NCBI RefSeq assembly: GCF_006345805.1
Contig: NC_042999.1
Location: forward strand, 159,030,001 to 159,094,000
Direction of reading: 5' to 3'
DNA length: 64,000 nucleotides
DNA from: Octopus sinensis
Lineage: Eukaryota
The position numbers and the translations under genes are program-made. The notes under the pieces are model-generated. The model saw only the letters and a program-made list of their open reading frames with translations. It did no database searches and had not been told where the DNA came from. This document shows positions 38,700-52,740 of this stretch, piece after piece (position 1 is the stretch's first letter; every line of letters begins with the position of its first letter).

Positions 38700-39050
38700 G
38701 AAAAGACCTCCGATAGGCCGTGGTGTACCGTGCTAACGTTTCTAAAGATGAACGGAGTGGAGATGTAATATATCAAACACCTATGGGGCGGGAACGTGGG
38801 TTGTGTCACAGCTATAGCCATGCTATCGCCACCTATAGCGATAGCATGGCTATAGCTACCTATGATAATTCCAGAGGGGAAGAACATGAGACAAGGAGTC
38901 ACCATCTCTTCAAGGTACTTCACCGCACATTTTGAAATGGTTATCAGAACCATTGACAGGGAAAGTGACGTCAAAATTAAAGGCGAGCTATGAACACAGA
39001 TTGGATTGGCAGAAAGCATCGCGGTCATCGTCGAAGCCTAAGACCAGTTG
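38700..39050 (+). mobile_element. RTE-type RT fragment
   Basis: MRQGVTISSRYFTAHFEMVIRTIDRESDVKIKGEL resembles VRQGDTISPKLFTA..E...GVKINGE. Confidence 0.6.
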
Positions 39051-39209
39051 CAATTTATTTTCTGTAGTTTGTATCTGTTTATAATTCGCATTGAGGATTC
39101 TCTGGATAACTCATGATGCAGATTTTCTGTGTTGTCCCCATATCCAGATTTAGCTCTGGTTTGCTCTCAAAATACAAAGTCCTAATAATGAGAACGAACA
39201 GAAATACGC

Positions 39210-39562
39210 TTTTACTTGTTTCAGTCATTTGACAGTGGCCATGCTGGATCACCGCCTTTAGTCGAGCAAATCGACCCCAGGACTTATTCTTTGCAAGCCT
39301 AGTACTTATTCTATCGGTCTCTTTTGCCAAACCGCTAAGTTACGGGGACGTAAACACACCAGCATCGGTTGTCAAGCGATGTTGGGGGGACAAGCACCAG
39401 ACACGTAAACTTAAACACACACATACATATATACATATATGCGACAGGCTTCTTTCCGTTTCCGTCTACAAATCCACTCACAAGGCTTTGGTTGGCCCGA
39501 GGCTATAGTAGAAGACACTTGCCCAAAGTGTCACGTAGTGGAACTGAACCCGCAACCTTGTA
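39210..39562 (-). mobile_element. Group C SINE
   Basis: Matches the group C layout. Confidence 0.85.
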
Positions 39563-39649
39563 GCTTTAGATTTCATATTTAAATCGATATAATACTCTTA
39601 ATGTTTTCCTTGTTTGATTTTGTTCTTACTCTAATATTACATGGTCATA

Positions 39650-41900
39650 CCACGACGATTATCAGCAAGTACACTAGCCAAGTAATTGAGTTCTATTTTC
39701 CTTTCGTCTTCTATAGGACAGTCTCTATGCCTTTCGTCGTTTATTAATACTTACATTTATTTTCTCACAAAATATCATAGCTTCTTTTTCTGTGCAGGCA
39801 ACACTAAATTACTTGTAAACCTATTCTATCGTATTACTTCCTCAATCTTATATCTTCAATTTTTGTTTCCATTCTCATCTAACTGTGAACATTCCTATAA
39901 TGTGTGAGCTGTTCCCTCGTCTGACTCGGCCCGTTTGTTCCATATTTGAGATGAACAGTCCAGGTGATCTTTCATCCAACTTAACCTTCGTGCTTGTTCA
40001 TATGGAGCAAAAAATCCTTCCCCTAGTCAGTTTAATACTCCTTTCTCTAACCTATTCTAGTTCTACTTGGCAATTTAATCTACTTTTTATTTTTTGGAAA
40101 AAAACGTCTGGCACTTCTTTCTTTCAAATTTTCATATCCTCTTTTGTACAGTTCTTTTTTATGGCTCCACATATTAAGCAAGTAGTCTTAGTTTTATTGC
40201 GAACATTCCTTGCTTTACTCAGTACAGATCTCTGTCCCTTGGATATATCCATTGTGGGTTCTTCATATTTTTTTTTACTACGAAGCATGTGTGCTATCCT
40301 AGCAGCGATATTTTTAGTGTTATATATATTTGTATATCCTGGTATTGTGGTCATGAATTTATCTGCAAAGTTTTTTTTATCATTCTCAAATCATCTATTT
40401 TCTCTTGTTTTTAGACCCTACATTTTTAGAGACACATTATCATCTGTTGGGACTGATATGTCATTTTCGAGGTATGTCTATTCTTGCGCGTCTTAATCTA
40501 CCTGTCTGTGTATTTCGGAATATCTCAGAGTATGGTTGCTTAGCCATTATTGGAGACCTCTTCTGGGGTATGTCTATTCCAATTCTTTTTATGTTCGCAT
40601 AATTCCCAGCACATCTAATATCCAACGTCCTCGCGTCTATAGGTGTTACTTTTCTTAGCAAAAAATTGGTGACTTTCAATCGATGTTTATTATTATTACT
40701 TTTTATTCTTTGCGATATCATTTCAGTAACAGCTTAATAAGTTTTACGAAGACATATTAACAGAACGTACTTTTGAGAATTTGTAGTTTCTGTAGATTTG
40801 CAGATTAAGATGGCTTTCCTCTTAGTTAGCCAGCCACTTATTGCCTCTGGCTCCGTCATTTTTTTGCAGTATCTGTGTTACTTCTATTGTTTTAAACATC
40901 CACAAAATTTCCTGTGCTGGTTCTTTCGCTGTCCACACCACTTCACAAAATTCTCCTTCTTCTCTTGTTTTTTGTGCTACATTGACTTCTATTTTATTTC
41001 TACTACGTTTTTAATATAATCGATTTTGTTTAGAGTCAAACACTATGTTTGTTCAAAGAATCCGAGGCGTTTTTCATTACCGGCGAATTCTTTGAGATTT
41101 TGTGTGGGTCATTTGTTTCAGTAGTTCTTTGGTTCCAAGTATTTTTTTTTTCGTTGTGTTGCCTTTCTGAAGTATTTGTTTCCTAATCCTTCGTTTTCTA
41201 AGTTGTGCTATCTTCTTATTGATTTCAGTATAAATTCAGCGATACTTTCTCTTCATTTCTTTTTCTCTTTTCCATGTTGAATGCTTTGGTTTTGATACTT
41301 CTGCTTGAATGAATCTGAAGTAGTACCCACTTTTCCCTATCCCTACAGGTTACTGCGGTATCTGTTAGTTTATTTATCTTGTAATAATGTTATTTCACTC
41401 CGTTTTAATCATGTCTCCGAAAACAAAGTTTGTATATTTTTTTTATTGCTGTTTCTATTCTGTCTTGATCTCTACCATTGGCAGATATTTTTAATGGTCC
41501 ATAGGAAGTTATTTTAAACTTAAATGCAATTTTAGAGGATTAGGATCGTGATTTTCAATGTCAGAATTTTCTATTTCTAAATCATCTTTAATTACCCTTT
41601 TTTTAATATTTTTCTTTGTACAGTTCCGGTTTTGATTTTGTTGACCAGTGATGTGCAGTTCTACAATTTGGCTTTGTTTTACGTTTTGTTCTACGTTTTG
41701 CTGTTGTTATTTGTTCTGTGTTTACATGTCTTGATTGCATCAACGTGAATTAAATCATCAGTGCTTTAGTGTTCTTCGATATTTCGCGATTGTTACTTGT
41801 GTTCGGATAATGTATTCTTTTATTTAAAAGTTCCATTTCAATTGGTGATATTTTTTTACGTTTTGAGAATATATCCTAAGTTTAATATATATCGTAATAT
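39650..41900 (-). mobile_element. Degenerate Penelope-like element
   Basis: Minus frames read HLNLQIYRN, KHRLKVTNFLLRK (thumb/linker) and KTTCLICG...NCQVELE*V (GIY-YIG-like). Many stops. Confidence 0.5.
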
Positions 41901-41949
41901 ATTTAGAGCTGATCTGTTTTCATCCCAATTTCATACGAAAATACTGTTG

Positions 41950-41950
41950 A

Positions 41951-42023
<73 letters not shown>

Positions 42024-42050
42024 GCCATTGTCGTTGACATCATAGTTTCG

Positions 42051-42130
<80 letters not shown>
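41950..42130. repeat. (GAT)n(CAT)n palindromic triplet tract followed by (TAT)n
   Basis: Directly visible. Confidence 0.95.
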
Positions 42131-42139
42131 CTTACTTTT

Positions 42140-42560
42140 AATCTGTATGTTTGTTACAGTCACTTGTCGAGACACACCCAGCGTCCTAGGGCAAGTGAAG
42201 AATAAGGGATGTTACAGTATGACAGAACATCTCTTGGGGAGGGGATAGCGAAATATCTTCAGGTAATACAACACAGACACTTAAAAGGATAGGATGTTTC
42301 TAAAGAGGTAAGCACAATTTTGGGGATTTCTCTGAGACATGGTTCTCACGGGATCTTATCTAGATGTTTCTGACATCCCTTTCTTAGCATACCTAGGGCA
42401 CCAACAATAACAGGAACAATTCTCGTTTTAAGATACCATTTCTTTTGTATTTCAATTTTCAGGTCCTTATATTTACTTAGCTTGTCAAATTCCTTGACAT
42501 ATACATCTGCTATGATATCCTTCAATCTAGCGTCGATAAAGAAGCACATGTTAAAGAGAT
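42140..42560 (-). mobile_element. R4/Dong-like LINE 3' fragment (RLE domain)
   Basis: KEFDKLSKYKDLKIEIQKKWYLKTRIVPVIVGALG; ends in (TAA)n. Confidence 0.85.
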
Positions 42561-42681
42561 AAATAAATCAACTATACTGATAATTTGTCAATTGGGCTAC
42601 GTTAGAAAATGTTACCATTGCCGTAATAATAAATGCTATAATAATAATAACAATGATAATAATAATGATAATAATAATAAC

Positions 42682-42733
<52 letters not shown>

Positions 42734-42735
42734 GA

Positions 42736-43027
42736 GTGAGTGAGAGAGAGCAGTGCATGCCATCATAGTGACACTGGGTAAAATATACGAAACCTAGTAT
42801 ATCCATCCTGACTACCCGTCTAATAAAGGTACACCAGGAACATGCATCACAACCATGTGTGTGCAACATGGTGATCTCATTTCAAGATAAACAGCATATG
42901 AACTTGCAGGGGAAGCCCAGTTAGAATTTTCTTCAGTTCGAGTAGCCCGAATAAGGTTTGTTTAAGGATATTGAACGAAACACCCATGTCTCCATAGGTT
43001 AATTATTCAAACCCCAAACGTATTGCA
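42736..43027 (-). mobile_element. Unclassified (TAA)n-tailed interspersed repeat
   Basis: Complex sequence ending in gcactgctctctctcactca+(ATA)n on minus, between triplet tracts. Family not identified. Confidence 0.35.
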
Positions 43028-43043
43028 TTATTATTATTATTAT

Positions 43044-43088
<45 letters not shown>

Positions 43089-43147
43089 CAGTAGTAGTAG
43101 TGGCGGTGGTGGTGGTGGTGGTGGTGGTGGTAGTAGTAGTAGTAGTG

Positions 43148-43192
<45 letters not shown>

Positions 43193-43195
43193 TGT
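43028..43195. repeat. Compound (TAT)/(TAG)/(TGG) triplet tract
   Basis: Directly visible. Confidence 0.95.
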
Positions 43196-43199
43196 GATG

Positions 43200-45240
43200 A
43201 AAAACATTTATTTAGCTGAGTATGATGGAAAGTGTTAGTTGTCCACATCTAGCTGTCTAAGGTGACGCGTGTTTATTGGTAATGCTTCAATAACCCTTCG
43301 AAGAATTCTTGCACTTCGAAGTAATAATGATTTTTGTAGGTGTTTTACCTTCAGACTTGTATCAGTCTTCCTGAGCCATGTTGGTAGTTGAGTGCTGATG
43401 CTTCCAAGTGCACCAATTTCTATTGGTATCACGTGTACTCTCCTCATTTACCACAACCTTCGTATTTCCCATTTCAAATCGTAAGAGTTGTTTATTTTTC
43501 TTCTACTTTCTCATTGATCCTGTTGTCACCGGGACATGCTTGTCGATCATCATAAATGTTCTTTCTTTTATATTCACCACAACAATGTCTGGTCAGGTGA
43601 TCGTGCGGAATCATTGCATCCCACAGGATTTTACAGTTCTCATCCTCGGTGACTCGCTATGGAATTTGTTCATACTACATCTTTGCTCTTTGTAGGCCGT
43701 GATTTCCATGAAGCTCTCAATAATTCGTTCCTGCCACATTTTCATGGTGACTTTCGTATTCGCTTTGTGCCAATTTCGAGCATTTGCTAACGATGTGCCA
43801 TATCGTTTCACCCCTCTCGCCACACATTCTGCATATGTCACTGTCGGTAGTGTTTTCTATTCTGCTCTTCACATAGTTGGTCCTTAACGCTTGTTCTTGA
43901 GCTGCGCATATAAGTACTTTTGTCTCAATCTTCAGAGCACTTTTCCTCATCCATAGGTACCGGTCTTTTTTACCTGTCTTGATGTTCGTATCTCTTTCAA
44001 ACTGTCTGTACATGCTGTTTCGTTTTTTGCGTTCTTTTCCTTCTTTAAATTTTTCTTTCATTACACAATTCTCAGTTTTGATTACGCCAGCCTTCTTCGC
44101 ATGTTTCAACTGTGGCTCCATGGCATTTTTTGCATAGCCCCCTAAGCCGTTTTCCTTTTACCTCTACTTCGATACAATCCTGTCAACTGATCAAGCCTCT
44201 CCCACCCTTCCTTATGGACAAGTACAGCCTGTCGGTATCACTCTTAGGGTGGAAGGCTCCGTGTATTGTCAACATTTTTCTTATCGTTGTATCTATTTTC
44301 ACCAATTCTTTCTTTTACCATTTTATAATTCCAGCTCCATACGGAACTGATGCTATCGCCCGTGTATAAACTCCTTGGAATTTATTCCATCCAGTCAATT
44401 TTGAGTGTAACTCCTAACTTAGTCTTTGGAAATAATCCACCCTCAGTTGGTCTTTCATTTCCTTCGCCATTATCTCGTTCTATGTACATATATACATACA
44501 TATATGTACATATACACATGCACATATATACATAAATATGCCTAGATATTCGTAGCCACCCGCTTGGATTTTGTTTAATCAGTTCTCTTTTTCGGTAATT
44601 GTATCCCTGCTAGGGACTGTACCTTGTCTATTTTTAAGTAGATTATTCTACCACTCTTGAGTCAGAACTGCATTCTATTATCAGCAGTAAAACAGTGGAC
44701 CCTGTTCAATAAGGATCTGACTTGTGTCTCATCCTTGCAATACAGTTTCAAATCATTCATGAAGAGGATGTGGTTGATTGTTTGGCATTTTTCCTTTAAT
44801 TGGTAAACCAGGTTAATTTTCCTAAGTACCGAGTTCAGAGGGATCATACAGAGAACAAAAAGCAACGGAGATAAGCTATCACCCTGGAAAATCCATCTTC
44901 TGATACGCAGGGTGCCCAAGCTTCGTCCGTAGCATGTCAGTTTAGTTTTCCACCCCATCACCATACTTCTCTGCTGGAAACACGTAAACCTGTTACATTC
45001 ATCGCAATTCTAAACAGATCTAAGCACTCGATGATCCACGAATGTGGAATTCTGTCTATCAATAATTGATCTTTGGTACCTCTACATCTCCTTCTACAGC
45101 CTTTGTTTTCCGTCGGTATTATATCGTTCTCATCAAAATATTTGTCCAGTTCTTCAGCAATTCCTCCTAAAAGTGACTCCCACATTAATGGGCCGCAGGA
45201 AATTGGCCTGTAATTGTCAGCAACATTTACTTTTGACACA
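43200..45240 (-). mobile_element. R4/Dong-like LINE, 5'-truncated and internally deleted
   Basis: [70 protein letters not shown] and IPIEIGALGS. Triplet tracts on both sides. Confidence 0.9.
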
Positions 45241-45242
45241 AC

Positions 45243-45505
<263 letters not shown>

Positions 45506-45858
45506 TCATAAGATATTGTTCGTTTATATGATGACTATATTATTGAAAAAATATATTATTGATTCCCAAACGTAATATTCTTCATACACTCCTTTACAAT
45601 AAGCTTGTAAATAATTTTATAACATTTATAGACATTTAGAAGATCCACAGAAAATATATGATAGCTGACCTAGATGTCTCTAAAATAAGTGTACACTTTT
45701 GAGAATTCCTTCTAAAACTTGTTTGTTCAATGTAAGGATTCATATTTGGTTTCAGAACATGATTAAAATATTTTGTTTTAATTAGCAATGTTTTGGTGTC
45801 TTATTCCATACAAAAATCGATAGAAACAGAAAACAAATGATGTAAAGACTGCACTCAC

Positions 45859-45973
45859 TCAGATGGTGTAGATAAGCAACAACACTCTCCCATGCTGCTG
45901 AATCGGTGGAATTTAATTCAATTGCTTTCATCCATGCTTGCAGAGCCTTTTGTTTTTCACCATTATAATAATA
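45859..45973 (-). CDS. Penultimate coding exon of a TPR-repeat protein (TMTC-like)
   Basis: Acceptor tttatatttgtaaacag|, donor CTGA|GTGAGT, 115 nt, phase 0 to 1: YYYNGEKQKALQAWMKAIELNSTDSAAWESVVAYLHHL. Shows the TPR pattern AL.AW.KAIEL....AW. Confidence 0.85.
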
Positions 45974-46865
45974 CTGTTTACAAATATAAAATAAAAATTA
46001 ATAACTTAATAAAAGTAGCTAGGATTCAGATATTATTATATTTGGATTTAAATCAACCAAAGTACTGTCAATTAAATTTATAGAATATAATATTTTTTGT
46101 GAATTTTTAAATTGAAGTATACACATTTTATTTTCGCACGAAGGTTTCCACCTGTGTAATTTTTGTAGCATGTATTAGTTGTGAATATATTGATCCTGCA
46201 TTTTAACTATGTTAATTAGTAATTTTTAGCTTTCATGATTGATGAATGTGCGAGAAAAATGGTAGGGTCTGCATCTACTGCGTTTCTCTCCTGAAATTTA
46301 ATTTGAAACTGATTCACTTTATTTAAGCAAATAATGTCTCTTACAAAGGTATAAGCATTAATCATTCATATTCTGTTAGTTTAAAACATCCTAAAACAAC
46401 AATTTATAAAGGTGGATGGAGGTTTAGCAACAGCAATGCAGCTAGATGAAAGTATAAGCACTCAATTTGCAGTACCGTTTTCAACATTATGACTATCGCT
46501 ATAGTTATTAGCATCTAAACATCCGTTCGAAAAAGAGCTAACATATAAAGATACATGTGCGACTCCCACACATTTCTACGGGCATCAGTAACAAAGGAAG
46601 GTAAACTGTTATAATACAGGAATCGAAATGAGACAATGCAGTCTATTTACCAATTGATTATGTGCAGGACCATTCAAGTATTATAAACGGTAAAACAATG
46701 AAATCCTTTGGCAAGTCATAGTATGCTTATATTTCAAATTGTGAAATAAATATGATGAAAGAGAAAACAGAACACTGTGACATTTGTTTCACAAAGGATA
46801 CTTCATCGGAGACGAAACTTACATATCATTAACTTATATCACGTTTTTCGACGCAAGGCTCTACC

Positions 46866-47100
46866 TGAAACGATAAGTTTTACTTCTTTTTTTAACAGTA
46901 TGACATTTATTCCTTGTTTGAAATATCTGTGTCATAAAACATATTGAGGCATTTTTAAGTACTGGGGAGATAATTTCAAATGAAACGATAAGTTTTACTT
47001 CTTTTTTTAACAGTATGACATTTATTCCTTGTTTGAAATATCTGTGTCATAAAACATATTGAGGCATTTTTAAGTACTGGGGAGATAATTTCAAATGAAA
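46866..47100. repeat. Perfect 115-bp tandem duplication
   Basis: 46866-46980 is identical to 46981-47095, plus 5 bp of junction microhomology (tgaaa). Confidence 0.95.
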
Positions 47101-47766
47101 GGAAGGTAACAATAGATATTGGCAAACGATTGTCATTATATAATAAACATTATCGTTATGCGTATCTTGCATGTAGTCGTACACCAAAGAGTTCATACAT
47201 AGTTTGGGTTCTATTTGTGTCCTTCCACCCTTTTATATTGTCATTTATTACTTTCTTTATGTTTAATTAAATTAAAGAATGAATGATCAGCATATGGACA
47301 TGATGTAATTTTATTTTAGAATTTCATATTCTATCAAAAATGTTTTGCGGTAGTTGTGCATGCAATGCTGTTTCCAAATAGATTTTCGCCCACTCTGCAC
47401 GATTTTTGAATCATTGTTGTAGTCTTTTCATTCATTTGTTGCATATTTGACATTTTGGGCAATAGTATCGATAATTAGAAGTTGCCAACGGGTTATTTAC
47501 TGGGTCACACTGTTTTCACCGATTCACCTCCTCAGATTCTCACTGCTGTGAATTAAATAAGGAAGATATCAACTGCAAATATACCGTATAAAGAAAATAT
47601 GGAATATTCAGCAGCAGTTGCCTTGCATGTGGATATTTCAATGATTTTATACCTTGTAAGACATTGATGAACTTAAGAAAGTTACGTGTTTATTCTCACA
47701 GTATACAGCAGTTTATTTCAGATAAGCGAGATATTTAATCTTCGAAAGTTCGGTAAGTGCAATATT

Positions 47767-48167
47767 CTCTTTTACTCTTTTACTCTTTTACTTGTTTCAG
47801 TCATTTGACTGCGGCCATGCTGGAGCACCGCCTTTAATCGAGCAACTCGACCCCGGGACTTATTCTTTGTAAGCCCAGTACTTATTCTATCGGACTCTTT
47901 TGCCGAACCGCTAAGTGACGGGGACGTAAACACACCAGCATCGGTTGTCAAGCAATGCTAGGGGGACAAACACAGACACACATATATATATATACATATA
48001 TACGACAGGCTTCTTTTCAGTTTCCGTCTACCAAATCCACTCACAATGCGTTGGTCGGCCCGGGGCTATAGCAGAAGACACTTGCCCAAGATGACACGCA
48101 GTGGGACTGAACCCGGAACCATGTGGTTGGTTAGCAAGCTACTTACCACACAGCCACTCCTGCGCCT
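47767..48167 (-). mobile_element. Group C SINE, young, full length
   Basis: tRNA-like head, CORE-like ttgggcaagtgtcttct, short TA tract, 3' domain and (GTAAAAGA)n tail. Confidence 0.93.
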
Positions 48168-48224
48168 ATTGTTCAATATTTAGTGATGGTGGGGGGTTAT
48201 ATATGTATAGCTATTCACACATGC

Positions 48225-48286
48225 ACATACATACATACATACATACATACATACATACATACATACATACATACATACATGCATGA

Positions 48287-48317
<31 letters not shown>

Positions 48318-48326
48318 CATGCATGA

Positions 48327-48357
<31 letters not shown>

Positions 48358-48380
48358 CATACATACATACATACATACAT
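48225..48380. repeat. (CATA)n microsatellite
   Basis: Directly visible. Confidence 0.97.
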
Positions 48381-49084
48381 AAAACTAGAAAGGAGAAAGC
48401 TAATTCGAAGACTACAGTTTCAATCCATCACTTTCCAGAAGTTTATCTTTTAAATATATGTGAGCATGTCTAGATATGCAACTATATGCAAGAGAATACA
48501 TACATGAAACAAAACATACAAATCTGCTCATATACGAACAAACATACATACATACACACATACATAATACATACATGCATACAAAGCAAAAATACCCTGT
48601 TGTTGATTTTGAAATTCCAATGAAGGAACCTTGGATCTAGGTTAGAAACCGGTTCTCTCTCTATTGGCAAGAAATCTTGAAATAAACTTAACAATAACAT
48701 AAATACATACGTGTGCGTGTGGATTCTAGTATATGTATGCAAATACATTCACAAACATACATACATATAAAAAAGATAGCCTATAGTTTATAATATCTGC
48801 GTTGTAGAAAGGAAAAGGAGGTTAATTATTACCTCTCTCTTTCTTTCCCTCTATCTCTCTGTTTCTCTGTAAAAATATATACACACACGCACGCACACAT
48901 ATATCAAATACGGCATTAATAATGGACTTTATACATACATTTCTGCAGTATAGATTAATGTAGATGAACACACACACACATACGCGCTTATATATATATA
49001 TATGTTTCAACATAACAATGTCTATAAATCCATAACCAATTTTTAAACATTGATAAAATTATATCACGTGAGTACAGAGCTTAA

Positions 49085-50224
49085 TCTTATATCTTAAAAG
49101 GCAAGTTGTCTGTCTGTCTGTCTGTATGTGTGTGTTGTGTGAACCACTTCTACTCCTACAATTTTTAACCGAATTTCACCAAATTTGACATGTGTACTCT
49201 CTTTGACTTAGGACGCTTTTTCTTATAACTTTTTCTTCGAAATTCAGCGCCCCTAACATAAATAGACTACACTCGCCTAGGATTTGGATTGAGACAGCGA
49301 AAAGACGTGACACGCACCCAGCTGGAAAAAATCAATACTTTACTTTGTCAGCTGTGGTGAGCTCTTATCGACTGCTTGCACAGTACTGCCAGCAGTATTC
49401 ATTTGCGAGTTACGATTTGCCTCTGTTTTCGCGTAGGCGCTCTTTTTCATATAATTATTCCAACTTAAACAAGCTACTTCAAAACTTTTACCCAAAATTA
49501 AAAATCCTTAATTCAGTCTATTTTATTAACATTTTTGCCAACTATATTCTATTATTCTTTTGGGTGCTACACATTCACCGCTTTTTCTTTAGGACATTTT
49601 CTATTGTGTAAACTGATAATTTTGCACCATGTCTCGACGCGAAAGATCCAATATAGGTCGGCAAACAAATGCTGCATAAAAATATAAACGTATGTGTGCA
49701 AATGAATCTGCCAAGAATGCCAACAAGAGGGACTCTCTCAATGCACTTAGGATGGCTTCAGCGCGAAGAAGGGAAGTGAAGAGCAGCGTTGTAATCGGTT
49801 AACACGTATTGCTGCGCAATGAGCCGCTCAGAGCAACGAGCAAAGTTCAGCACGCTGAACAAGAAATGCTTCCTCTACTGCTGCTGCACGAGCTTAGGAA
49901 ACTGCAGCACAATTTGCTGAATTTCAACTTACAAAGAGATACTGCAGCAACTGCTGCTGAGCGTGCTACGGAGACTACAGAGATAGACAGCAACGGATGT
50001 TGCTCTATGCGACAAATAGGAAAGCATCAGGTAACCATACCCTTGTAACTTTATTTATTTCACTATCGTAAACTTCACAGTATGCTGTCCGTTAAGTGCT
50101 CCCAATTGTGAGGTAGGCAACAGATACTACACTTTTCCTCCTTATGCACAGGCCACAAGTCAAATTTTTTTGTTCAGGTAATGTTGTATGTGCAACCCAG
50201 CGAAACATCAGGTAAACATACTAT
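49085..50224 (+). mobile_element. Internally deleted Helitron-like element with degenerate RepHel-like N-terminus
   Basis: A|TC start, decayed 3' hairpin and CTA(T) end. Interior reads KRDSLNALRMASARRRE..EQRCNRLTRIAAQ*AAQSNEQSSAR*TRNASSTAAARA. Confidence 0.5.
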
Positions 50225-50514
50225 TTCTCTTTATGTCATATCTTTAGGCTCAACCTTTCCATCTGCTAAACAGCACATGTCAGCAGTTATGTGGTAAGGA
50301 AAATAAACTCAATTACTGCCGGTTTTTTACAGATCGATCTACTGTCCCAATGGAAAACAACGACAATGGTGTGGGCGTATGACTCTGCATATTTACTATC
50401 GCGCTAAATAAATCAAGCAACACTGGAAACATCTGCCATTATGATTCCTTTCATTCAGTTTAGAGGTGCATCCTTGAATGGTCTAATAACCAAACAGGCA
50501 TACTTAACATGTAT

Positions 50515-50650
50515 GCATGTGTGTATGTATGTGGTGTGTGTGTGTGTGTGTGCATATGTATATATGTATGTAGGTGTGTATATTTGCATGTATGTATTCT
50601 GCATATTCATGTGTTTGCGTGTCCGTGTTCGTATGTTTTTATGTATGTGA

Positions 50651-50698
<48 letters not shown>

Positions 50699-51074
50699 GT
50701 GTGTCTACCTCTGTCTCCTTGTGTGTGCATGTCTGAGTGTGTGTGTGTTTGTGTGTCTGTGTTTTGCAACTATGTACCGTGTTTGTATATGTGGATGTGC
50801 ATCTCCATATGTGTGGACGTGTGTCTCCATATGTGTCCTTGTGTGAAGAAAAGCGTGTGTGTATATGGTCATGTGCTTTGGTCTTCATTTGCGTATGTGT
50901 GCTTGTCTGTTCATATAACCTATGTACCTATTCGTCTATATGTTGATCTAGTTTCTTTCATATCAATATGCTTATATACATGTGCAAATACATATATATA
51001 CCTACAACCACCCGCAGTAAACATTTAGCGTGTATGTATGTATGTATGTATGTATGTATGTATGTATGTTTGTT

Positions 51075-51106
<32 letters not shown>

Positions 51107-51125
51107 TGTATGTATGTATGTATAT
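50515..51125. repeat. (TG)n/(TATG)n low-complexity tract
   Basis: Directly visible. Confidence 0.9.
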
Positions 51126-51969
51126 ACAATATACAAATATGTATCAACATACCCGTTACACTCTCATATACCGAGAAAATATAATATAATATAGTGCAAG
51201 TACATATATACTAAGATATAAATGTTTATAAATGAATCATACCATAGTAGGATATGAAGATAAACGTCTAATACCAAATATAAATGTAAACATAAACAGC
51301 CATACATAGATGCATACGTACGCTGGAAGTTGCTTAAGGATAACCTGAGAAATAAGAAACCGTGCGACAAAAAATTTTACATGAGACACTTAACACACAG
51401 ACACACACACACAAAAACAGACAACTTTCCTTTCAATATGTAAGATTAAGCTGTATCATATATGTGCCTTTAATGTCATTGGATAAAGCGAAAAATGAAA
51501 TATAAAAACATATAAGTAGTTATTGGAAAGTAACCGAAAGAATACGTTAGTTTCAGGTGCGAAAGATATGGGAAGTGTATCAATCTCAGCCAGATCTCCG
51601 CATCGCCACGCAATAGAAACACAGAAGAGAAATGAAGAATTCAGAGTCTGGAATAAGAGTTAAGAAAATTAGGATGCAGCAAAGGTGAGATCGAACGATT
51701 TAGAAAGGTGTTATGTCGCACGTTCGGATGACCTCTACTCTACTCTGCTCGACCTCTGCCCGACTGCTACTCAACTCTGACGTCTAGACTTCTCCCTCTA
51801 TATCTACGTATTGGGCTAGCCTACTTTATCGTCTGGGGGCGTCCACACAACAAAAAGGAATGATAAAATTCTGTAAGATTATAGGTCTAAGCGTCACATT
51901 TAGTAACAATCTTGAAGCAGCTGACATTTTAGATGCTGCATTAGAATTGGGTAACGCCTTTTTTCTGAT

Positions 51970-52290
51970 TCCATGGACAGCGAGGCTCACCAATGGAGAA
52001 GTTCTTAAGCAGATAAGACCGAAAATGTAGCTAGAAGCTGGGATCACCAAGCGTAGATAGGCATATTTCGGTCACATTATGCGGAGAGAATCCCTGGAGA
52101 AGGACATCATGCTCGGAATGGTCAGTGGCAAGAGAGGAAGAGGCCGACCAAGAACCCGCTGGCTTGACACCATCAGGAGTGATACCGGAATGGACATGGC
52201 CAATATGAAGGAAGCGGCCCAGGATAGAACTGACTTGAGGACACTGATCCAACGAGTGACCGAGAGTCGACTTCGACTGAGCGGATAAAA
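51970..52290 (+). mobile_element. RTE (BovB-like) LINE 3' end
   Basis: IPWTARLTNGEVLKQ...YFGHIMRRESLEKDIMLGMVSGKRGRGRPRTRWLD. Confidence 0.88.
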
Positions 52291-52740
52291 AGAAAGAGGA
52301 AACGTCTTTTTCAGCCCACGCCACAATCCAGGCGGAGACTTTCATTGTGTTAATTTCCAATCAAATCACCATTGTTGAATTCTCAACTCGATCCTCGATA
52401 GCCTGTCACATAGAATCTTTTTTCTGTTAACTAGTATAGAAATTTTCGATCAGCATAGAGACTACGTCAACGATACACTCAGTATATATCCATTTGGAAT
52501 AGCCATGGTCCTTTTGTGCGAGATATTAATTAGTATCCTACTACTGCGGACTGCATTTCTGGTCACGGAACTCGGCCTCCGAGGTCTTTATGTAGTACAT
52601 CTTTAATTCATTCCCCCTTGACCTTTTCAGCCTAAAATCAACATATTCCTATTCTAATTTTAATAACCCCACTCGCTATATGCTTAATATTAAGAATCAA
52701 GAAAAAAACCCTCACAACTGTGCCTAATAATAAACACAAT

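Noticed and set aside
51243-51344. 102-nt phase 0-0 exon candidate for the TPR gene
   Set aside because: The content is TATG-microsatellite-like and the peptide is not TPR-like.
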